64,000 nucleotides of DNA, from IMG/VR virus record IMGVR_UViG_3300032236_001530, positions 32,001 to 96,000 of that record; one strand, given 5' to 3'. The stretch comes from a virus. Shown here one piece after another: positions 20,162 to 29,333 of the stretch. The notes beneath the pieces were generated by a model. It was given only the letters and a program-made list of their open reading frames with translations, did no database searches and was not told where the DNA came from. The translations under genes were made by a program, and so were the position numbers. Within the stretch, counting starts at the first letter, position 1. Every line of letters begins with the position of its first letter.

Positions 20162-22038
20162 TATATCTTGTAAAAGTTTTCTATCTGTTGCATAACAGAT
20201 TCTGGTGTAATTGCTTTTGTACAAATGAATCTTCTTGCTTCATCATTTCTATAGACTGGGCACCATAACCAATCATTCGCATTAAATGGGTATTTATGAA
20301 AACAACCATGGCAAACTGATTCCTCATAGATTCTCAATGTTTTATCATCGATATATTCATTATCTTTTGATGTAGCATTTGAAATAATAACCGTTGGTTT
20401 ACCTAAACCTTGAGCAACCCAAGTCAAACCACTACTCAGACCAATAAACATTTCAGCGTGTTGAAGATAATTTAAAACTTCATTAAAAGGAAGACCTATT
20501 TTTCTAACCGCTTTACTTGGTACTTCATTCATATGACCCGGTATACCAAAAGAAAAATCTTTTTCTACAACAACAGGTGTTAAACCTTTCTTTCTTAACA
20601 TTTTACAAAGTTCATCCCAAGCACCTGGGTGGTTCCAGTATTTACATTGTGCTGTACTATGTACACCAATACAAACATACTTAGCTTTTATTGGTCTTTC
20701 GCCATTTGGTTTGTCTACTTTTAATACCGTGCCTTTATCACTTATATTAAAGTCTTTAGCATAACCTTCTAAAAGAGGAACATCAAATTTATATGTTGTT
20801 AAAATCTTCTCATTATGAGCTATGTTATTAACATACCAAATACCTTCTTCTGGTGTGAATTTAATATTAGCTTCATCCTTTTTATAAATCATTAGGTTAG
20901 GATATGAAGCTCTGAATAGTTCAGGTAATTTACAAATAACTGAAACATCTTTACCTGATTCCTGTCTCCACTTTTCTATAATAGCCATTGCACCAACACT
21001 ATCTCCTAAAGCATTACTTTGAATCTCAACTAATGTTCTTGGTTTAGTTATTTGTCTTTCTACCTTTATAACATCATTTGTTTTACCCCAAACATTTTTT
21101 ATTTCTTCCAGTACTGGAACATAAGATGGGTTACATTCAAAAGATGGTTTCTTTTCTAAACAAGTTGATATTAAAGTAACAGCTTGTATATGACCCCAAT
21201 CTCTTAAAGAGTATTTAAGATCTGATGCGCAGTGTAACTGACAACCACCAACAACATAAGAATATTTATATTGCTGTGAGCTTTTTCTCCAAGGTGCTCT
21301 ATACTCGGATTTAATAGAACTACCTAATTGGATTATATTTACATCTGTTGTACCGGCTAAATGTAATATACCAGAATCCATTGTGATAACACAATTCGAT
21401 TTGTTAATAATGTGCCAAGATTGGTCTAGTGTTGTCTTATTAGTCAAGTCTAAACCATTTTTAATATCTAATTTGAATACTGGTTTTAAAGTTGTTCCAC
21501 TATAATCAGATTCTTCTTTAGCATCTTTACCAATACTAACTACTGGTATACCTAACTCTTCAAGTGATATAATAAGTGCTTGCCAATTATATTTACTCCA
21601 AGTTCTTGAATCCCAAGATTGAGCTGGGTGAATAACAACATATTTTTCTGGTAGCTGAATTCCTGATAAACAAGACTCGTCTGATTGTGGAAAATAATCA
21701 CAATTCATTTCATCTGGGGTTAACATAAACCCTAAATCTTTTGCGTGGAACTGACGAATGTCACACATAGCATGTTTGAATTCGATACCACGAGAATCTG
21801 TTTTACCTAATAAAAAGAATGTTTTATGAAGGTTATATTTTTCAGATAGTTGTTCTTCTGTATATTGATTAAAGTCTAAGCTTTCATCTACATAAGGACA
21901 ATTCTTAAAAAGATAAGGATGATTTGATATAACCGTTATTGGTGATTGAAAAATTTGAGATAGCTTCTTTATTGTTGGTGTTGCTGATATAAGATCACCC
22001 ATAGCACCAGCTGAAGAATAAAATGCTTGTTTTTTCAT
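20161..22038 (-). CDS. Two-domain GT9 / Aah-TibC-like O-heptosyltransferase
   Basis: GDLISATP..MDSGILHLA (GT9); second domain ALGD..TAQCKYWN..GLSSGLTW..CHGC..WCP..C iron-finger cysteines. Confidence 0.8.
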   Translation of the reverse strand: MKKQAFYSSAGAMGDLISATPTIKKLSQIFQSPITVISNHPYLFKNCPYVDESLDFNQYTEEQLSEKYNLHKTFFLLGKTDSRGIEFKHAMCDIRQFHAKDLGFMLTPDEMNCDYFPQSDESCLSGIQLPEKYVVIHPAQSWDSRTWSKYNWQALIISLEELGIPVVSIGKDAKEESDYSGTTLKPVFKLDIKNGLDLTNKTTLDQSWHIINKSNCVITMDSGILHLAGTTDVNIIQLGSSIKSEYRAPWRKSSQQYKYSYVVGGCQLHCASDLKYSLRDWGHIQAVTLISTCLEKKPSFECNPSYVPVLEEIKNVWGKTNDVIKVERQITKPRTLVEIQSNALGDSVGAMAIIEKWRQESGKDVSVICKLPELFRASYPNLMIYKKDEANIKFTPEEGIWYVNNIAHNEKILTTYKFDVPLLEGYAKDFNISDKGTVLKVDKPNGERPIKAKYVCIGVHSTAQCKYWNHPGAWDELCKMLRKKGLTPVVVEKDFSFGIPGHMNEVPSKAVRKIGLPFNEVLNYLQHAEMFIGLSSGLTWVAQGLGKPTVIISNATSKDNEYIDDKTLRIYEESVCHGCFHKYPFNANDWLWCPVYRNDEARRFICTKAITPESVMQQIENFYKI

Positions 22039-22083
22039 TAACTAATTAAAAATTTATAGTTATATGTTACAAGTATCAATTTG

Positions 22084-22842
22084 TTACAATAAATTAAAAT
22101 TATCTTTGTCTTTTATAAAAGGTAATTGTGTTCTTACCTTGTTTAATTCAAGCTTAGATAGTGTTGTAGTAAAAACATCCTCACTTTGTGAACTTATATA
22201 AAGCGTTTCACCTAAAGCATTTACTAAAGAAGTATCACCGTTATATGATAAATTATTACCGTCTTCACCAATTCTATTAACACCAATTACATAACATTGA
22301 TTCTCAATAGCTCTTGCTACTAATAAACTTCTCCAAGCCAATTTTCTTTTATTTGGCCAGTTAGCCACATAAATTAAAACATCATAATCTTCTACGTTTC
22401 TAGACCAAACAGGAAATCTTAAATCATAACAAATCAGTGGACAGATTTTCCAATCTTTATATTCAATAATTAATTTTGAATTACCTGGTGTATAATGTTC
22501 GTCTTCACCAGCAAATGAGAAAAGATGTCTTTTATCATAATGATGAATAGAACCATCAGGATTGACCCAAATAAATCGGTTGAAGTATTTACCTTCTTCT
22601 TCAATTATAATTGAACCACATATCGCTAAATCTTTCTCAGAGGCATTCTGCTTCATCCATTGAGTAGTTTTGCCGTCCATTTTTTCTGCATGTGGTTTTG
22701 GGTTCATTGTGAATCCAGTAGTAAACATTTCAGGTAAGATAATTAAATCAGATTCTATATTATCAATTTTACTTTGATAATTTTTAAGATTGGAATCTAT
22801 ATCTTCCCAGATTATATTAGTTTGTATTGTTGTTATGTTCAT
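22084..22842 (-). CDS. Carbon-nitrogen hydrolase / omega-amidase (YafV-like); start likely MNITTIQ
   Basis: LPEMFTTGF, YDKRHLF, ICYDLRFP catalytic E-K-C. Confidence 0.92.
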   Translation of the reverse strand: MNITTIQTNIIWEDIDSNLKNYQSKIDNIESDLIILPEMFTTGFTMNPKPHAEKMDGKTTQWMKQNASEKDLAICGSIIIEEEGKYFNRFIWVNPDGSIHHYDKRHLFSFAGEDEHYTPGNSKLIIEYKDWKICPLICYDLRFPVWSRNVEDYDVLIYVANWPNKRKLAWRSLLVARAIENQCYVIGVNRIGEDGNNLSYNGDTSLVNALGETLYISSQSEDVFTTTLSKLELNKVRTQLPFIKDKDNFNLL

Positions 22843-23165
22843 TATATAGAAAAGGACTGACCGCAACCACAATTTCTTGAGGCATTGGGATTGTTAAATG
22901 TAAAACCTTTACCGTTAAGACCACCAGAGTAATCTAATTCTGTTCCAAATAAATAAAGAAAGCTTTTTTTATCACAAACAATCTTTACACCTTTGTCTTC
23001 AAATTCTTGATCGCCTTCACTTAATTTATCATCAAATGAAAGATCATAAGATAATCCAGAGCAACCACCACCTTTAACACCAACACGAATGAATGGATTG
23101 ATGAGGTCTTCTTCTTTCATTAATTTAATAGCTTGTTCTTTGGCAGACTCAGTTATAGTTATCAT
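22842..23165 (-). CDS. iscA: HesB/IscA Fe-S cluster assembly protein
   Basis: GGGCSGLSY, NPNASRNCGCGQSF. Confidence 0.93.
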   Translation of the reverse strand: MITITESAKEQAIKLMKEEDLINPFIRVGVKGGGCSGLSYDLSFDDKLSEGDQEFEDKGVKIVCDKKSFLYLFGTELDYSGGLNGKGFTFNNPNASRNCGCGQSFSI

Positions 23166-23224
23166 AATTAGTTATAATAAAAAAACCCCAAAAAGATGGG
23201 GTTTATTTTTATTTTTTATAAAAT

Positions 23225-23566
23225 TTATTTTAATTCTTCTGTAATTTCTTTAGCAATTTCTTTAGGGTCTTTATCAGGATTTGCAGCAATTGTATCAGCG
23301 ATTCTTTTATTAACCGCATCTTTTTTCTCTTTACTGAACTTTAAGTAGGATGGTAAAAAAGCACCACCTACTAAACCTAAAGCACCAAGTACACCCGATA
23401 CCGTTTCCCAGTTATAAACTAAGTCGTGAGTACCATCATAATGTGATTGTTGTAACCATTGTACAAAGTTATTATATATGTCAGATACAGCAGCAAAGTC
23501 GAATTCTTCGTTAACTTTAACTTCTTGTTTTTCTGAATAAGATTCAAATCTTTTAAGATGTTTCAT
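23225..23566 (-). CDS. Membrane protein with N-terminal MKHLKRFES motif
   Basis: Motif at internal ATG 23566; one TM; AATATATA upstream. Confidence 0.7.
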   Translation of the reverse strand: MKHLKRFESYSEKQEVKVNEEFDFAAVSDIYNNFVQWLQQSHYDGTHDLVYNWETVSGVLGALGLVGGAFLPSYLKFSKEKKDAVNKRIADTIAANPDKDPKEIAKEITEELK

Positions 23567-23857
23567 AATTAATATTTTTAATTTTATATACATTATATAT
23601 TAATTATGAAAATTACATTTTAATACTGAACTTTATTCATTAAAATTCATATTAAATATTATAAAAAAATTCCTAATACTCACACTGGTATTATCTTTGG
23701 TTATATCTTCCTGTAAGAAAGAAAATACGGTTTTACCAAAACAAAATATTATTAAAGTAGATTCGTTGAAGGTGAATATACCACAAAAGGCAAAGCCAAG
23801 TACAAAAAAGAAAAGATGTCGTAGGATATTAAAACTACTACATCTTAAACATTAATA

Positions 23858-24217
23858 CTATTTTAGTATTTCATCTATTTTATTATCTCTTTTTATGTCT
23901 TTGTTATTAGATAGAAATTGACTCCAGGATTGCAGTAAACCATCATTCTTTCTAAGTTTTATTTGCTTTCTAACATTTATTTTTATAAGAAAAATTAAAA
24001 TAAATTGTAATATTTTATTTATACCGATTGATCTTAGCTCATAGAATTTACTATCTGTGTTTAACTTAAAGTACCAAACTTCACCATCAAAATCTTTTTT
24101 AATTGTTAAATACTTATTTGAGTAGAAGTCAGTTCTACCTTCGGTAGACCATTTACTATCTTTGCTAATTATTTCTCTTATAATAAATCTTCTTAAATCC
24201 TTAATTGAATTATCCAT
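23858..24217 (-). CDS. Hypothetical protein, C-terminal tag family (RDNKIDEILK), ends in TAG
   Basis: ORF. Confidence 0.7.
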   Translation of the reverse strand: MDNSIKDLRRFIIREIISKDSKWSTEGRTDFYSNKYLTIKKDFDGEVWYFKLNTDSKFYELRSIGINKILQFILIFLIKINVRKQIKLRKNDGLLQSWSQFLSNNKDIKRDNKIDEILK

Positions 24218-24237
24218 GTAAATATTAATTATTTTGT

Positions 24238-24498
24238 TTACTTTGATTTTTTCAACTCTTTTCTTGCAATCATTTTTAATTTAAGATTGTAGATTTCATG
24301 GTCTGTTAAACCAATAAATGAGTCAATTACTATTGTTTCTTCTTTTCCCTTAAAAGGTCTTTCTTTATATTCATCACTTAATTCATCATCATTTGTTTTT
24401 ACAACAATGACTTTTTTTAAAGTATCTGTTTTACTTACGGTTTGAGAAAAAGTAAATAAAGGTAATATAAATAAGGTTAGTGTGAATATTTTCTTCAT
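24238..24498 (-). CDS. Secreted hypothetical protein
   Basis: Signal peptide; TATATTTG upstream. Confidence 0.6.
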   Translation of the reverse strand: MKKIFTLTLFILPLFTFSQTVSKTDTLKKVIVVKTNDDELSDEYKERPFKGKEETIVIDSFIGLTDHEIYNLKLKMIARKELKKSK

Positions 24499-24521
24499 AT
24501 AACAAATATAGTTAATTTTTA

Positions 24522-24722
24522 TCAGTCTTCAAAATTATTATCATCTTCATTTAAAAAATCTTCATAAATCTGAAACTCTTCTAATCTCCATAACATCTTA
24601 CCCGCTTCATCCAATTCATCAAACTTTTCCCAATCTCTATTTCTTCTAGCATAAAATATTTGTTGCATAGTTAGCTTTTCGGAAATTTTAATTAAATTAT
24701 AATTTAAAAGATCTTTATTCAT
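24522..24722 (-). CDS. Hypothetical protein
   Basis: ORF with AATATATA upstream. Confidence 0.55.
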   Translation of the reverse strand: MNKDLLNYNLIKISEKLTMQQIFYARRNRDWEKFDELDEAGKMLWRLEEFQIYEDFLNEDDNNFED

Positions 24723-24769
24723 AATTATTTTATATATTTAAACTTAAATTTCTAAAAAAGTATAATAGT

Positions 24770-24910
24770 ATGCAAAATTTAATTTACAAGATTCAAAGAT
24801 GGTTCGACTTAAATTTATCTTGGTTCTTCATCAATGCTCGTAAACAAGAAGCTTGGTGTGAACATCTTAAAGAAAAGTATCCTGAAGATTACCAAAAAAG
24901 TATTAAATAA
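24770..24910 (+). CDS. Small hypothetical protein (46 aa, not in ORF track)
   Basis: MQNLIYKIQRWFDLNLSWFFINARKQEAWCEHLKEKYPEDYQKSIK. Confidence 0.55.
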   Translation: MQNLIYKIQRWFDLNLSWFFINARKQEAWCEHLKEKYPEDYQKSIK

Positions 24911-24925
24911 ATTAAAATAAAAAAT

Positions 24926-25111
24926 ATGATAGAATCTATGGGAGACGCAGAAATGTCAGCAGCACCAAGTTATCGTTGGGAAAATCAACAATACTTGTTG
25001 AAAACGATTATGAACCAATTAGGAATGACTGAACAAGATTTAGAAAAAGATCCTTCTTGGGTTAAAGCCAAAGTAAGAGAATCTAATATTGATAAAGTAT
25101 TAGAAAACTAA
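24926..25111 (+). CDS. Small protein, C-terminal tag family (RESNIDKVLEN)
   Basis: ORF followed by terminator 25116-25142. Confidence 0.7.
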   Translation: MIESMGDAEMSAAPSYRWENQQYLLKTIMNQLGMTEQDLEKDPSWVKAKVRESNIDKVLEN

Positions 25112-25140
25112 AAATAAAACCTCTCAATTGAGAGGTTTTT

Positions 25141-25536
25141 TTATTTTAACTTGTGCCAGAACTTTTCAGGTAAATGGATATTTTCAACATTGATAGCTTC
25201 CATAAAAAGAGGAGCTATATCTTTTGGTTTATAACCAGCCAATCCACAACCAATCTCAGTAACTAAAAATATCAAATTAGGATTATTTTTAGCAAATTCA
25301 ATAAACTCATCAACAAAGGGTTTAATCTCTGTTATTGTTAATGTTCTTTTAATAGAAGCATCTTTTGTAGGTATACCATAAGTTCTACCTTGTAGACCAG
25401 CGGCTTGACCCCACTTAGCACCCCAACCTAAAGCAGTTTTAGCAGCACCTTTTCCATGTCGACCTGATAGATTTGAACCAAAAACAAATATGTTTCCAGT
25501 CTCAAGCTTCTTTATATTATCTGGTGTTATTCTCAT
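25141..25536 (-). CDS. A1S_2505-family phage protein (macrodomain-like)
   Basis: IFVFGSNLSGRHGKGAA..TYGIPT..FLVTEIGCGLAG. Confidence 0.8.
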   Translation of the reverse strand: MRITPDNIKKLETGNIFVFGSNLSGRHGKGAAKTALGWGAKWGQAAGLQGRTYGIPTKDASIKRTLTITEIKPFVDEFIEFAKNNPNLIFLVTEIGCGLAGYKPKDIAPLFMEAINVENIHLPEKFWHKLK

Positions 25537-25596
25537 TTTAGTTGTATTAATTAAATTAAATTTGTTTTTTCGAGTTGTTAATTAAATATATAGAGT

Positions 25597-26511
25597 ATGA
25601 AGCATATAAAAGAATTTAGTCTTTTTGAATCAGTTCATGAGAATTCTTGGGATTATAATGAATTAATGGGTAGACTTTTACACCTATATGGTTCTATTCC
25701 AGTTCCTAAAGAAAAATCATCTGTTGTTATAAGTAAAATTATTCAATCATCAATGGGTGAGTTATTTACTCTTGGTGAAAATGTTGATATTAACTTTTGT
25801 AAAGTACATGATAAAATTAGATTTAGTGACTATTTTGATTCTTTACTTGAAGATAAAGATGTAAGAGGTCATAACTTTGAAGGTCTTGTATGTGGTCTTT
25901 TTGGTGGTAGACTATCAACAAGAGGTGCTAAATACGACTTAACAATTGATAGTCAAAGATATAGTGTGAAATTCGTAGACCATAAAAATAAAGCACCTGA
26001 AATTGGCAGATTCAAAAGTATTATAACAACTAAGAAAAATGTAAACCAAGCCGTTATAGATGGTGGTGGTTTAACAAATGTTTTCAGAGGCACTGATACT
26101 AGATTAAAAAGAAAAATATGGAACGCTATTACTCCTGAAATTGATGGCTGGATTTTAGCTTACCCGGATAATATTGATAACCCCACAAACATTGTATTAA
26201 ATGTTGTTGATAAACCAGAAATGTTTAGAATTATAAATGAAGGTTTTGTTGTGGCACCAAAAGGCGGTTATAATGATATTTACTCACTTGCTTTAAGTTC
26301 AAGATATATTAATGAAGGTGATTATATAAAAAGTGTTATTAAAATTCCTCAAGTTTCTTTTGCTGAATTAAAAGAAGAATATAAAACAATTCAAGATGAA
26401 AACTGGGCAGTGAGTGTATTTGGTAATATGGGTTATAAAATGAGACCCGATGTTCTTAGATATATTAGAATGAATAAAGAAACAATTATTAAAAGGCTTA
26501 GTGAAATTTAA
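25597..26511 (+). CDS. Protein with MKHIKEFSLFES motif; possible PD-(D/E)XK nuclease
   Basis: GHNFEGLV..KYDL..YSVK pattern; AATATATA upstream. Confidence 0.55.
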   Translation: MKHIKEFSLFESVHENSWDYNELMGRLLHLYGSIPVPKEKSSVVISKIIQSSMGELFTLGENVDINFCKVHDKIRFSDYFDSLLEDKDVRGHNFEGLVCGLFGGRLSTRGAKYDLTIDSQRYSVKFVDHKNKAPEIGRFKSIITTKKNVNQAVIDGGGLTNVFRGTDTRLKRKIWNAITPEIDGWILAYPDNIDNPTNIVLNVVDKPEMFRIINEGFVVAPKGGYNDIYSLALSSRYINEGDYIKSVIKIPQVSFAELKEEYKTIQDENWAVSVFGNMGYKMRPDVLRYIRMNKETIIKRLSEI

Positions 26512-26520
26512 TTAGTAATA

Positions 26521-26552
26521 AAAAAGCCTCAGATTTCTCTGAGGCTTTTTTT
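26521..26552. terminator. Bidirectional intrinsic terminator
   Basis: AAAAAGCCTCAGA-TTTC-TCTGAGGCTTTTT. Confidence 0.8.
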
Positions 26553-27156
26553 ATTTAAAATAACCAAGTTCTTTTAATGATAAATAAGCAAAATAAACAC
26601 CAAATATACCCATAATAAGACTCATTGTATATACCGCATATACCACAATTAAGGCTGAGAATGATACCGATAACCAAGAAGCAATTCTTCTATTTTTATA
26701 TCGATTTTTAGAAAGATTTGCTATACTTCTAACAATCTGACCACCATCCATTGGATATATTGGTAAAATATTAAATATAAATAAAAACAAATTAATATTA
26801 TACATATCATTAACAAATTCATGTATTGGTCCAACCGGACAATAAGGCTCTATAAAATAACACAATAAAGAAAGAATTAGTGTACTTATAGGACCAGCCG
26901 CTGTAATTGGAATTGAATCCCTGTCGTGCATATTTGAATCTATTGCAGCAGCACCAGAAATCATATCAATTGTGATTCCATAAACTTTATAACCTTTTTG
27001 ATTAGCCATCCAAGCATGACCCAATTCATGTATTAGAACTGAAACAAAGACCGCGCCGACTGCAATTGGTGGTAGCATTAAAAATAATAGGAAGAACCAA
27101 ATACTAACTGATACTGGTGCTCCTCGGAAATTAAATAATTTAAACGATTGTTTCAT
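26551..27156 (-). CDS. Site-2 protease (M50) family membrane metalloprotease
   Basis: HELGH, AAGP, FNILPIYPMDGG. Confidence 0.92.
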   Translation of the reverse strand: MKQSFKLFNFRGAPVSVSIWFFLLFLMLPPIAVGAVFVSVLIHELGHAWMANQKGYKVYGITIDMISGAAAIDSNMHDRDSIPITAAGPISTLILSLLCYFIEPYCPVGPIHEFVNDMYNINLFLFIFNILPIYPMDGGQIVRSIANLSKNRYKNRRIASWLSVSFSALIVVYAVYTMSLIMGIFGVYFAYLSLKELGYFK

Positions 27157-27216
27157 GTGTATATTTTTTACAAATGTAAGGAATATTATTAAATAATAAA
27201 ATTAAATATATACTTT

Positions 27217-27474
27217 ATGAGAATTAAAAGATTTAACGAGGATTGGGAATATACAATTACTGAAAAAGATGATGAGTTAAGTATTTTGGGTAGTGATGCT
27301 TACAAATCACCACATTCAAACTCGGTTGTTAAACTATCAACTACTAAGAATAAAAACGGTAGAACCGAAGCAATCATTATTCAAACTAATCAACACGGAA
27401 CAATTATTAATGACCCAGCTGGAATTGATAAGATAATAGATTGGTTAATGGAATACAAAGATAGAATGTATTAA
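27217..27474 (+). CDS. Small protein with MRIKRFNE motif
   Basis: AATATATA upstream. Confidence 0.7.
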   Translation: MRIKRFNEDWEYTITEKDDELSILGSDAYKSPHSNSVVKLSTTKNKNGRTEAIIIQTNQHGTIINDPAGIDKIIDWLMEYKDRMY

Positions 27475-27491
27475 TCAAAACTATTTAAAAT

Positions 27492-27519
27492 AAAAAAGAC
27501 CAAGATAAATCTTGGTCTT
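27492..27519 (-). terminator. Terminator closing the tRNA/ncRNA transcript
   Basis: AAGACCAAGAT-AA-ATCTTGGTCTT with T-tract on the minus strand. Confidence 0.75.
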
Positions 27520-27529
27520 AAAAATAAAA

Positions 27530-28442
27530 CGCTGAGATTACACGTTCAGTGTGGCATCTTTGACTGGATTATTGTTTCCCAGTTTTATCCACCATCTTTT
27601 GAATGGTATCACCACAGTGACGGTTAGTTTGACTAACCACTTCTTGAGTTACTGAATACTCTCCACTTACTCTGCTTACTCAACCCTCGCAGGCTGATTC
27701 GGGATTCGACCCCCTATAAGTTTTTCGATGAAATCACATCCGCCTTTCGAGCTTATGTGGCTATGGACATCCCATAACTAAGTAGTCACCTTTCTATCAG
27801 TAACTAGGTAACACTTTCGATTTAAGTTTTAATTTTTACGTCAAAAAGTAAATTTTAGTGCTTGTAGATTGTGTCGAAGTAGTGGTCACCTCTCAGCTCC
27901 CAAAGCTTTTGGCCTCAAGAATACTGGACTACTCCGTGTGATGCCTCCATCACAACTCTTTAAGATATCTTCACCACGATTCACCTTACGGCTCACCTAC
28001 ACCCTTGGTAGAGTGATTAGTGTTCATTAACAGCACCACCTGTACAATGAATTGTCTTTCGACTTTGAGACACCTCTCAAGTTGAAACTCGCGATGATAA
28101 TAACTGGTGGGTCACCATTTCTCGCAAAATTTCTACAGGTTATTCTTATTGCTCTTCCGAACTCAACTGAACAATCTACACTTGCCCAGTCACCAATCCA
28201 TTTCCCTACGGAGTTACCCTCAGTACTTCAGGATTAGTGATATCCTGCTTGCTTACTCGACCTTGGTTACCCAAGACGCAAACACAATTCGCAGTTGTGT
28301 TCACTTTATCCCCCTTTCAAGGTTTATTTAACGACTATAAGCGGCCGTTGTCTTCACATTAGCCGAAGCTAATGATTCAACATATCATTCAAGGATTAAT
28401 AGACCTCACTGTCTATCAACTTACGTCTCTTGTGAGAGAACC
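27530..28442 (-). ncRNA. Large structured ncRNA, GOLLD-like candidate
   Basis: ~910 nt, GC-richer than flanks, no credible ORF, many hairpins with GNRA/UUCG loops, directly downstream of tRNAs; family assignment not confirmed by search. Confidence 0.62.
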
Positions 28443-28514
28443 TTTAATTTCAAAGAACTTTATTTATAGTTTTTATTTTTACTTTGTTTAGAAAAATAAA
28501 AAATATTTTTTCTG

Positions 28515-28586
<72 letters not shown>

Positions 28587-28594
28587 ATTTGTAG

Positions 28595-28754
28595 TAGCCC
28601 GTAGAGGATTCGAACACTCTGTTTTCTAACCGAAAAGTTAGACGTCCTAAACATCAGGTCACGACTTGAGAGGATTGGCACCTTCTCATAACCCACCTTG
28701 GAGTCGTTTTGTTGACCGTCTGTTTCTCTTGCGAGTCCAGTAGACGAACGGGCC
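28595..28754 (-). tRNA. tRNA-Glu(TTC)-like with ~85-nt structured D-loop insertion and non-canonical anticodon loop
   Basis: GGCCCGT/ACGGGCT acceptor, TCGTCTA..AGGAC D stem, TCTAAC-TTTTCG-GTTAGA anticodon arm, GTTCGAATC. Confidence 0.7.
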
Positions 28755-28813
28755 AAATAATTACCTAACATTGAACTTTTTGCCATATAGGACTTAGTCA
28801 AGTTAGGATTTTG

Positions 28814-28887
28814 TAGCGTGTAGAGGATTCGAACCTCTGTTCTTCGGGCGAAAACCCGACCGTCCTGAGCCGCTAGACGAACACGCC
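28814..28887 (-). tRNA. tRNA-Glu(TTC)-like with non-canonical anticodon loop
   Basis: GGCGTGT/ACACGCT acceptor, TCGGG-TTTTCG-CCCGA anticodon arm, AGAGGTTCGAATCCTCT. Confidence 0.85.
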
Positions 28888-28904
28888 ATTTGTTTTTTGT
28901 TTCA

Positions 28905-29298
28905 CAAAGATAAGAAGAATTTTTTAATCTACCAAATCTTTTTTCAATTTTTTTTATCTCGATTTAGTTGTTTACCTCCTTTCTGCCTGTAATCGGGAGG
29001 ATTACTGTATAATCAGGCTATTAACTTCTAAACCGATTTTGTTTTACAAAGATAAGGAGACTTTTTCATTTCACCAAATCTTTTTTTATTTTTTTTTCAA
29101 AGAACTTATCAGACGTTTCTGATTTGTTTTACAAAGATAAGGACACTTTTTTAATCTACCAAATCTTTTTCAAAAAAAGGGTTATGATTTTATCCTTCGT
29201 GATGGGGAGCGCTTATCATAATTAAGTTTTGCGTATTATACCAACACCCTTTGTTTCAATTGTGAATACAAAGATAGTATATTATTTTTAATTACAAA
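28905..29298 (-). promoter_or_regulatory. Four tandem TTTG-N18/20-TATCTTTG promoters upstream of the tRNA/ncRNA operon
   Basis: TATCTTTG at 28905-12, 29047-54, 29132-39, 29269-76; first three lie in ~45-bp near-direct repeats. Confidence 0.8.
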
Positions 29299-29333
29299 AG
29301 TTTTTCTAAAATAATTTTTCAATATATAATTTT

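Noticed and set aside
28960-29040. Hammerhead ribozyme
   Set aside because: CTGATTA does not match the CUGANGA core, and the stems do not fit the topology.
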